A program made the translations under genes and the position numbers. The notes beneath the pieces were generated by a model, which searched no databases, was not told the DNA's origin, and saw only the letters and a program-made list of their open reading frames with translations. DNA of 63,413 bases, filler included, from Collodictyon triciliatum (Eukaryota), in assembly GCA_043381765.1 (NCBI GenBank). It is 7 parts of 7 records of this genome, joined end to end, with 100 filler letters (N's around TTAATTAATTAA, not from the genome) between each part and the next. Parts side by side here need not be neighbours in the genome. Positions count along the whole stretch, not along the records: positions 20,334 to 30,385 come from JBHJMP010002807.1; positions 30,486 to 40,533 come from JBHJMP010002808.1; 5 more parts are not named here. The stretch is one strand, 5' to 3'. This document shows positions 23,301 to 34,200 of this stretch, one piece after another (within the stretch, counting starts at the first letter, position 1; each line of letters begins with the position of its first letter).

Positions 23301-25717
23301 TGAATCCAACATTAATGCTATTTTTTTTTTATTGAATTAAAATAATCATACTTCTGAAATGATGACGTGAATCAGGGATATGAAGTAAAAACAGAAGGTG
23401 ACGCGTTCATGGCCTCATTTTCAAGCGTCAAAGGGGCTCTAACATTTGCTCTTCAAGCTCAAGAAATGCTGATATCAGCCGACTGGCCAGAAAAACTGCT
23501 GACGCATAGAGCTGCTAACCAAGTTATAATTGACGGAGTTGTAGTATTCAAGGGACTTCGAGTCAGAATGGTAGCTTTGAAAATAGACAGAAAAATGAAA
23601 TATCAATATAATATAATATCCCATGGCTTAGAGACTAAGTGAAGCATACCATACAAGGGCATTCACTTTGGGGAGCCTCTTTGTAAACAAGACCCTGTGA
23701 CAGGGCGCATGGATTATTTTGGACAAGTCGTAAACAAGGCAGCTCGTGTTGGTGGTTATCTACAAGGTGGACAAATTGCCCTGAGTGAACAAGCATATGA
23801 GGTAGTACAGTTAATCCATCAGGCTTTTCGTGTTTTTATATTATTCTTATTCTTATTATTCTTATTGTTGTTGTTGGAGAACATTTTTTTTTTTAAAAAA
23901 AACATCATAGAGACGTGGCGGATGAGTGATTGTTAATCCATATGGCAATTTAGGAAATTAAAGATGATTTGCAGTCTGTTGGTAGCCCGAATATCCGTGA
24001 CTTGGGAGATAAAGAATTAAAAGGAATTACTGGAGCAACGCGTCTTTACGAGGTTTTTTTTTTAAAAGAATAGCAATGATAATTGTACTTATAATGGTTA
24101 TGATTATGCAATTTTTTTTATATGAATAAAACAGAAATATGACTAATAGTCTGAGTAAAATGTATTTAACATTCAATCAATGGAAATTGGGGGTACTATT
24201 AGGTGACATCAATCACCTTATCCCAAAGGTCAAGAACTTTCTCTCAAAAGGACTCAGGAAGTATGAACGGAGATTCAGGCGATTTGTCGATGGGGTCTAC
24301 ATCTCAAGTATGTTATTGACCCGATGCCTTTAAGTTTCTTCCTAATTTGAATCGAATAAAGGAAAAAAAAATTCTTCCTAATATTTTTTTTTGGAGGGAC
24401 ATGTTGCTATATATATATTTCTTTAATCCACTATATCCATAGGGTCATTCATGGCAGCTGGACTATGAAAGCATTTCAATATCGACAAATGAGCTCGGTG
24501 CTGGCTCTTTTGGTGTTGTTTACCTTGGCAAATTAAATGAGGAAAGAGTCGCAGTAAAAAAGTTTATGAAGCAAAAGATGGATGAAAAGCGTTACTTTTC
24601 TTTCTTATCTGAAATCATGTTGCTGAAGTATGTTGTGATTAAAAATATGAAAATCGAGATGAGATTGCTGTTGATGCGGTATATGGGCTTAGCTAATACT
24701 ATCTTATGTATCACGATAGGGATGCAAAACACCCAAATATCCTTCGATTCCATGGGGCTTCGGTCAAGTCTCCAAACATATGCCTTGTTATTGAATTCGC
24801 TGAACATGGAAGCCTAAAAGATGTCCTCACAAACCCAAAGGTATTTTTTAAGACTATGTGGGAACAATATCGTCAATTCTCTATCTACCATCGTTTATCG
24901 CCTCTTTTATGATGTCTTCTTATTTCTGTCATTTACCTTAGCCATTTTCTTTTTAACTTCGGACACTTATTTTTGAACAGACTCCTTTGACTGACGGTCA
25001 GAATAGAGAGATTCTATTCCAATGTGCTGATGCTTTGAGATATCTTCATCAAAGAACTCCACCAATTATCCACCGAGATTTAAAGAGTGCCAACATCATG
25101 GTAATCGCATGATTTTGACGGTCTTGGTTCTATCCATGTCATTTCAACATCATACTTAATCTATATATTTTGCTGCTTTTCAAACAGGTATGCTCCTTAA
25201 GTCCTATCTCCGTTAAGATTGGGGATTTTGGTCTGGCTCGAGTAAAAGCTGACAACCAAACCATGACCAAGTGTGGAACCCGTGCGTGGCTAGCTCCTGA
25301 GGTATCATATCTTCATCTCTTCTTTACAATCCAATAATTTAAACAATAATTCAAGATATGTCTTTTCATTTACAGCCCCATTAGCTCCTCAAGAAGTCTC
25401 GAACAAATCATAAGGAGTGGTGTGCCCTGATTGGTGATTCTGATTCCTTATAGGTACTGAAGGGAGAGCGCTATGGCGAAAAGGCTGATGTCTTCAGTTA
25501 TGGCATATTGATATGGGAGGTTCTCAGTCGCGAAAGACCTTATGCTGACAGAGACCCACTACGCCTGAACATGGAAATAGTCAATGGACTCAGGCCAAAC
25601 ATACCCAAGAACGCGAACCAGAGGCTGGTCAAGCTGATGACAAAGTGCTGGAGTAATGACGAAGCCGCACGCCCTCCTTTCTCCTCCATATACGATGAGC
25701 TTTCCATTGCGCAGTAG
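20336..25717 (+). CDS. Single-pass receptor: Cu/Zn-SOD-like ectodomain repeats, TM helix, TKL kinase, class III nucleotidyl cyclase, second TKL kinase (5' truncated)
   Basis: Frame is open from the contig start. TM LAAGLGAAAGVAVIITVVLGI (about 21164-21226) followed by RYHKK. Kinase 1: GKGGFGEV, VAIKK, HRDLKSPNLL, DFG, GTLLWMAPE. Cyclase: FTDVQGSTSLWE, YEVKTEGDAFM, GLRVRMGIHFG, RMDYFGQVVNKAARV. Kinase 2: GAGSFGVV, VAVKK, HRDLKSANIM, DFG, CGTRAWLAPE. Stop TAG at 25717. Confidence 0.93.
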
Positions 25718-26516
25718 AGGAAAGAGTGTAGTAAGAAGCCAACACATCCTCTAGCGGAGATATCATAAGAAAGGGGAAAGGAGTTCTCCTCACTACCCGA
25801 CCAAAGAGATGAAACAATCCCTCAGCTTCATAATAAAACTTTTACTAAACACTACCAGTGAGCACCTTTCTCTTGAAAAGGTGTATCGCCTTTCCACAGC
25901 ATCGATCGCATGCTTTTCAGCCACCCAGTCTATACTGTTGCTTGGGTTTTCCGCGGTGGAATTGTTTCTTTTTCTACATTTTTATAAAAAGGAAAATAAA
26001 ATAAAATTAACATGTAAGTTTGGCACAGGGGTGACAATAAGGGGAGTGGGCTTGCATCAGATAAAGAAAGAAACCCAACTAACCAAGGGCCACCCAACCG
26101 AAAATATGGGATGAATCGCTGCAGGTCAACCTTTTTTCCTTTATTGTGCTTCGGGGTGTTTATTAGGATAGGTCACACTGTCGAAATTGAAACTATATAT
26201 TATGGAGTTTCAATTTCCACACACACAAACAAAATTTTCATTTATATTTGTCTTTTCCCGTTTGCTTCCACACAGACCACGCTTATGCCCATACAAAGTT
26301 ATCTAACTATAATGGTATGAAGACAATTCGAGTTTCACATCGCAGTTACACCGCTTTTCAAGGTATAATTGGTTTAGATATCAAGGTAAGTCAGAGCGAT
26401 TGGGTACACTCATAAGTTTTTAATGTATTGCCAACAATTTACTTTATTTGAGCAGAAAGTAGCTGCTCGGATAGATACGAATGAATAAAATGTACAGATG
26501 AGAAGTTGTAGTAGGA

Positions 26517-29500
26517 TTAGTTATGAATATGTCCAGCCTCGTGCTCGCCATCCGCATTCTCACCACCATCAAGGGAAGACCCAACCTCTCCAGATTTTTC
26601 GTTTGGGATTTGGATACAGCCCATGTCATGTGAGATGTCGCTATTAATACGTTCTTCTGCGGCATAAAGGTGGTTGTTCTCAACACTCATGTTCGGATGA
26701 TCGTATTCAGTTTCTTCACACACACGCCCGCGTATATTTCCTTGGAAACTAGATTCGTAGCCACCAGAATCTATATGATATGACGAAAATTGGGGTATGT
26801 GGATGTCATGTTGTAAATCAAGGAGATTCTCTTGGATTCCATAAATATTAGGAATGTTAGTGCTTGGTGCGTACTCACTCTCAACAAATTCGTCATGAGG
26901 TTCTTGTCCAGAGGCCAGCTCTCTAGTCTCGTCGCTTAGACCTTGGTATGACTCAAAATCGTCGATATTGATTTCTGCCGTCCGCTGTAATATAGTAGAC
27001 TCTTGCCAATCAAGTTGAATAGAAGGGGTTTGTTTAAATTCATCCGTTAATTCCCCTTCGTTGGGTATGTGGACCGCATGAGAATAGTGTGATTCTTGGC
27101 CATAGTTACCTACACCATCAATCATGTTGGCAGGTACAGGGTTCGCATCAGTTTGTTTGTTGGCGCGATAACCATCAATTCCTTCACATGGTTTTGCGTG
27201 GTCACGTGATGCTTCAGCGATATGCTCAAAATACTCAACCCTGTCATATTCTACCGAGATTTCATCTTGTTGTTCTTCAGTAAAACATAACTCCGGGGTG
27301 TCTATCTGAGCTTCATTAGGATAAATATAACGTACATCAGCGAGGGATTCTTGTATGGCAGATATGCTTTCATTTTCATCAATATTGCCCAGCGGCGCAC
27401 CTTCTCTGTGGATTTGGTCTACGTGGGAACTGCGGGTTCCTTCATTGTCTGGTATTAGTGAAAAAGTTTCCCGGGCTAATGAATCATCATGTAATTCGGC
27501 ACCACCAGCGAATGATATTGTATTTAAAAGTAATTCAGATGAATGAACGTCGTGTCCATTTTCACCAGAATCAGGGTTTTCATTTTTGTATCCATGAGAT
27601 AAGTGAGCCTGAAGCACCTCCTGTGCCTGTGAAAAAGGTAATTGTTCTGAAGCTTCCAGGTAATTATGCTCTTCAACCAATCCACCAAAATTATACTGGT
27701 TTTCAACTTCTTCATTTTCTGTTTGAACATCTGAATTTTGACAGCATTTTGGCATTTGGGGTAAGCCACTTGAGAGAATCATATCATCTGCCTCACTTTC
27801 TTTGCAGAAAACAGTATCGTTTTGACTTATAGAGGCGGGGTATATTAATTGATCCCCAACACTTACAATCATACCACTATCACACTCTGCATCTGGTGTG
27901 TTTGAACAGTCCTCTATGAATATATTTAGTAGCCTTCTAGTCTTCCCATTATATCCTACTGTAAATTCTGCACAGTTTTGGAAGGCGTTGTGTGGATTAT
28001 CTGATGCAAGCTCAGTTGGAGGTTCTGATATAACCGAGGACGTGTCTCCTTGACTCATTTGGTCGGATAACAGCGGAGCTTTGATCAGGTCTAGTTGAGA
28101 TGCGGATATGAGGGTCGCTTTTGAAGGGCTAGGTACCTTTTTAATGTATTGAACTTGTAAGCTTTCTTCGTCTGATGATATGTGCAGATCCTCGATAGGG
28201 GTTTCCTCCTATATATTAAACCAGGGTGCAGTTTTAGTAAATGCTTCGGATGAGCTTTTTATTATTTTATGTCAAGTAAATGTTAAAAAAAATGTAAATA
28301 TCACATGGCCACTTTATTTTTCAGAATAATAGTTATTTCATGTAATCTAGAGAATGAGAAAGACATTTACTTCGTTTGAGCATATCTGATATTTTTGATT
28401 GGTATGTGTCGGCTTTGGAAATCTTTTTCGGTGACTTTCTCCGATCACTTTGTATTAAATTACAAATAAAGTTACCGACCGGTATACGACGAATTAATTG
28501 ATGGTTATAACCAAAAACCTGTAGACGAGCAAAAACGGTCCAAGTCAGAAGAGTCGGATTGGCCATTGGAAACGTCCTCTGTATTTATGGCGGACGATAT
28601 CCTGGGGCTTTTTCGAACATTTTGTTTATTTTCCTACGAAAACAAACAAACAAAAAGGAGAAAAAAAAAAAAGGGTAATAGATATTGTGTGTTGAATACG
28701 TTTGAGTTTGATCGAATCGTAATCGAATCCTCTCTTGATAAATATATAATCTAAGTCTACCTTTACAATACTAAACTCATGATGAACTTCTTGAAGGTTT
28801 CGGGATTTAATCTTACGAGATGCCTGCGTCGTACATATTAGGGTTAGCATATATAAGTAGAAGCACGCATATAGTGAAGCAACTCATGAGAGCGTTGCTT
28901 AAAACAATAGACCAAACACACTCACCTTATCGTCGTGTGTAGGTGATACGTTGTCTGCAACCTTTCATAAAAAAAAAANNNNNNNNNNNNNNNNNNNNNN
29001 NNNNNNNNNNNNNNNNNNNNNNNNNNNNNNNNNNNNNNNNNNNNNNNNNNNNNNNNNAAAAAAAAAAAAAAAAAAAAAGAAGTACAAATTAAGATGCTAG
29101 TAATGGGAATATCCTGAAATAATAGTTGACAATATATGTTTTTATGGATAAAAACTTACCTTTAGAATGGGCACACGCACAGGAGATATAGGTTTATTGG
29201 AATCCTCGGATTTGTGGTTCTTGGGGGAGTTGTTTCTTAATGGATGAATAATAACAACAAGTTAATTAGCTGTATACAGGTCTCTATGAGCGTATCAATC
29301 AGAGTAACAAACAAAACATTGAAGAAATCATCCTTAATTAATTGGTGTATCAAAATGTTTGCTTCCCAAAATAATTCAGCAAACTTTATTGAGCTTTTCC
29401 CTGGAGACGATTTAGGCGACGCGATATATGTTGAACGTTTCCTAGTGTTGACGCTATGCCCCATATCTTGTTCTCTAGTTTGCCTGGCTGACTTTGGTCT

Positions 29501-30257
29501 ATGAATTATCATAGTTTTTTTTTTAAAAAAAAAATAATACAGGAAAGCGCATTATATTCTACAAACGCGCTACATTCAATGACAAGCAAGTATTGCAAAG
29601 TATGATTATAATTTTTAAATAAGTATTTGCATCCTCTTTTATTTTATTTTTCTAATAAAGAAAGAAAGAAAGAAAGAAAAGAAAGAAAGAAAATGATCAA
29701 ATGAGTATACCTGTTTTCTGACCGAGCAGAGCGGCGGTTTCCGACTGATGGATCTGCTGAAAGATATTGCGTTTTTCTATATAAAAATAAAATCAGAGGG
29801 AAAATACTAATAATCATAATCAACCCACTCATAAGCCTAACCATAACCATAACCATAACCATAACCATAACCATAACCATAACCATAACCATAACCATAA
29901 CCATAACCATAACCATAACCATAACCATAATCATACAAGAAAAGAATAAGAGCACTTCATAAATGTAAATATATGATTTAAAATTCCAATTTATAATATA
30001 ATAACATCTTTGAATCGAATAAAGGGGAAAATAATGTATTCTCATACTTTTCTTCCTCGTTTCCTTGAGAATTTGGTGCTTTGCTATCAGTCGCTTGATG
30101 TATGATATATAGAATAAATTGATGTCTTGTATGGAATCAGAATTTGAAAACATGAAGATTGGTGAATTACCTTGTTGAGAGGGTTTGTCTGCTTCTCTTT
30201 TTTTTCTTTCTTCTTCAATCTTGTGACGAGCAATCTCTCTCATGGCATCCGCAAAGC
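26517..30257 (-). CDS. Unknown protein, multi-exon basic/Ser-rich N-part with a large acidic, probably disordered last exon (5' truncated)
   Basis: Stop-free frame of more than 500 codons at 26517-28208 in AT-rich DNA, rich in E/D/S/H. Upstream candidate exons include FADAMREIARHKIEEERKKREADKPSQQ. Exon structure uncertain. Confidence 0.6.
29840..29929. repeat. (ACCATA)n hexanucleotide microsatellite
   Basis: Perfect tandem hexamer in a probable intron. Confidence 0.9.
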
Positions 30258-30385
30258 TTGGAAAAAATGTAAGAACAGAATCAAAGTCATCCTGCTCATA
30301 TTTAGATACAGATAAAAAAAACCCATAAATTTCTGCTTAAACTGAGATTCATCGTGTGTTGATAAAAGTCTTCTTTTTTTTTTTT

Positions 30386-30485
30386 NNNNNNNNNNNNNNN
30401 NNNNNNNNNNNNNNNNNNNNNNNNNNNNNTTAATTAATTAANNNNNNNNNNNNNNNNNNNNNNNNNNNNNNNNNNNNNNNNNNNN
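30386..30485. other. Artificial contig spacer
   Basis: N44-TTAATTAATTAA-N44. Confidence 0.99.
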
Positions 30486-30487
30486 AA

Positions 30488-30594
<107 letters not shown>

Positions 30595-31275
30595 ATGAAC
30601 TGATGAAAAAACAATTTGCATATTTGGCCTTTGGGATTATATTCCTTAATTTTCTGATCATCCTGTGCAATTCTGGATTTTGTTCATTTTCCAAGATTTG
30701 TTTTCATGTTTTCTTTGCGAAACGTCGGGCGAACGTGTTTACTTGGCCATGAATGGTCTTTATTTGTTTAATTATAATTTTGTGTTCTTGTCTGCTTTCT
30801 TTCAGTCCGATAAAAATAGCAGACATACATATTGTTCACCTACATTTAAAGTTCTACTATTATCCTTGTCGTTCATCCCTTTTTGCTTTATATTGTAAAT
30901 CTTTTTACTTTTTACCTTTTTCTTTTTCTTTTTTTCTTATTTCCTATTTCCCTTTTCCCTTTTTCCTTTTTCCTTTTTCCTTTTTCCTTTTTCCTTTTTC
31001 CTTTTCCCTTTTCCNNNNNNNNNNNNCCCTTTTCCCTTTTCCCTTTTCCCTTTTCCCTTTTCCCTTTTCCCTTTTCCCTTTTTCCTTTTTCCTTTTTCCT
31101 TTTTCCTTTTTCCTTTTCCCTCGCATTTATCGTTTTTTTTTATTCATGAGAGGCAAATTATTCGCCGCCCTAGAGGCCCTCACTTTGTAGTACCCACACC
31201 AGCTGAGTGTTAAAATATCCCTTATTTTTTTTCATCGCAACAAACACACTCAACAAACATGATGCATTTCAACAG

Positions 31276-34200
31276 AAGTCCCGGATGAAATCGTGTCTGT
31301 CGTTTGCTCAAGTAATAACATGATCCAAAGTGTTCGAATCATGTCTCGAATAGTTTTTTTTTTGTATATGATATTCTTTGGCTTCCACAAACCTTTTCTT
31401 TGGTATTTTGTATTCTGATATCAATTTGATATTTATTGGATCAAACAAAGGGAAAAAATGAACACGCTCCTTCTAAATTTCTTTTTTCTTCCTCTTCCTC
31501 TGTTAACCGCAGCGGACTTGTCGATTTCACTCCCCATTCCAGCCTTGACTTCAGCTCATGCTATTGAAAGCACAATCAATCAGCCTTACACGAAGGTCAG
31601 CTCCACTGAACGCCATCCAGCGGCTGCTCCAAGCTCGCCAAATGTTGCAAGCGTATTTTTCGGTGACCAGATTCCGTCACCGGCCGAGGTTCGTCCCCGT
31701 TCAAACAGTGACCCCACAAACACAGGAACAACCATTGTTCCGAATCGACAATCATTTGACTTTGAAGGAGGGACAGTTTTCCCTGGAGAACCCGCCCCAG
31801 CGACAGCTCACTACGGAGAGAACGGCAAGGATTCGCTCAATAGACGTCCAATCTCTTTCATTTTATATTCACAATTTCAAATGCAGCCTCTTGTACAGCT
31901 TCCTAATTTTTTTTTATTTATTTGTTTGCATCCACATATGTTTTCTCTCCTTCTCCTTCTCTTTCTACATTCATGACAGCTGTCGCCATTCCATCTCTTC
32001 AAAAGTTGATGAAAGAAGGACTGTACGATGGCCAACAACACGATGCAACAATCACCACTCTACCTGGTTTTTTTTTATACAAAATATAAATACACGAGTA
32101 TTAAATATTTTAGATGACCAATAAATATTCGCCAGAATCTGCCATCTTATTGATATATGCCTATGTGATGTTTAGTTACTATAAACTGATTTCATAAATA
32201 TCTAGAGACTCACAATAATCTGGACTGTTAATTTAGATTTTGGGCGTCCGTCGCAAGATAGTGACAGAGGCCAAGTAGCCGCTAAGGACGACTCGAAAAA
32301 GTTTGGCCTGTGGATGGGTGTTGTTGTGAGTTTGAATTACCGAAGTTTTTGATCTAGCCTGTGATAAAAAAAATGAAGGAAGACGTTGGCGATGTAGGCT
32401 CAGTTTTTTCCATATGTGATATAGGTGCAATGTGGTGTGACTATTTTCTCTGTCATCATCTATGTGCGTCTTGGTTGGGTTGTTGCACAGGCTGGAATAG
32501 GCATGACTACACTTATTATTCTGTTGAGTGCCTGTGTGACAACTTTAACCACGCTCTCCCTTTCTGGTAAGCATGCCAATATATTTTGGTGTTATAAGAC
32601 CAATTAGATTATATGACGTTTTTTTCCCACAAAATCTACTCACTATGGGTTCCCCTTGCTAACATTTTACCATTGAATCCATACTAATGCACAGCCATCG
32701 CCACGAATGGTAATTAAATTATAAGATTTTATAAAACAATAAAACAATAAAACAATAAAACAATAAAACAATAAAACAATAAAACAATAAAACAATAAAA
32801 CAATAAAACAATAAAACAATAAAACAATAAAACAATAAAAAAATAAAACAAAAAACAAACAACAAAAAAACCTGTCCTGGTAGCCTCATATACTTATGTT
32901 AACCGATGCATCATTCTTTGAATTTCATATGCAATGTAATTCTGAGCCGATCAAATGTTATCATGATAAATCAAATTATTTAACCAAATACATTGAACTG
33001 TTTTTACAGGTGAAATCAAAGGAGGCGGTATATACTTTATGATGTCGCGTGCTTTGGGTCCAGAATTTGGTGGCACTATCGGAGTGATTTATGCGTTTGC
33101 ATCCGCTACTTATGTTTCTTTGAACATCGTCGGATTTGCAGAGGCTCTTGTTCCGTTGTTGGTAAAGCTATTCATTGACAGTATTATTTTTAAACCACTC
33201 ACAGCAAATGTTGCTCGTTGAAAATACCGCAGTCATTTTTTCTAAATTCATAACCTTCTGTTTGTAGCCTTTCGAACTTAGCCCCGATGGTGTATGGGAT
33301 GTTCGCATTTGGAGCATAATCACGATGTTTGTCATGCTCATGCTAGTTTTCCTTGGAGTAGAGGCTGCCCTAAAGGTATTCTCATGGAATTCATTGCCTT
33401 TTTTTGTAGTATAATAAAAGTCAATGCTTTTCTTGCAACAATTTTATCATTCTCCCGTTTCAAATCTAGTTTCAACTTCTGTTTGTCGGGCTAATCGGGT
33501 CATCTCGTGAGTAATTTTTCTTTTATTTCATCGTTTTTATATGCACAAATTCATCAAGATAAATTGACGATTACAATTGGTCCTGCATAGTGCTGGCGTA
33601 TTTTATTGGTACCATCATCACCAAAGACAGCAACAAAGGAATTACCGGATACAAGGGCTCCTCGTTCACTGAGAACTTCAAATCACATTACACGGAGAAT
33701 AACACCTTCTTTACAATCTTTGGAGTTTTTTTTCCATCTGTCACTGGAATCATGACGGGGTCAAATATGTCTGGAGAACTGAAGGTCTTTTAAGAACCAT
33801 GGTTAACATTTTAACTGGCATATGCCCTTTTTTCCTTCTTTATGAAACCACGTATCTATCATAAATATCGCTACAAAATTTGGTATAGAACCCGAAGCGA
33901 GATATCCCAAGAGGGGAGCTTATCGCTATTCTCATCACAACCTTGCTTTACATCGCAATATCGTGGACAATAGGCTCTGTGGCCAATCAGTATGTAAACA
34001 ATATACCTTAATTGAAAGCTGCCTGTTGAATAATGCTATATCATACTTTTTGAAGCTATTCTATCGCGAGCAATTAATAACCGCCGGTATAAATACTGAA
34101 ACAGAGAAGGAAGTGGTGACGAGGGGCTGCAAAACAATCTTCTCATACTGAAAGATATTACATGTAAGGAAAGTCGACTGATTTTTGTTTGATATATTCC

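Noticed and set aside
20336-25717. Giant-virus origin of the kinase-cyclase-kinase gene
   Set aside because: It has many spliceosomal introns, host-like composition and no viral genes nearby.
28979-29057. Internal N run (also 31015-31026)
   Set aside because: Scaffold gaps within low-complexity tracts.
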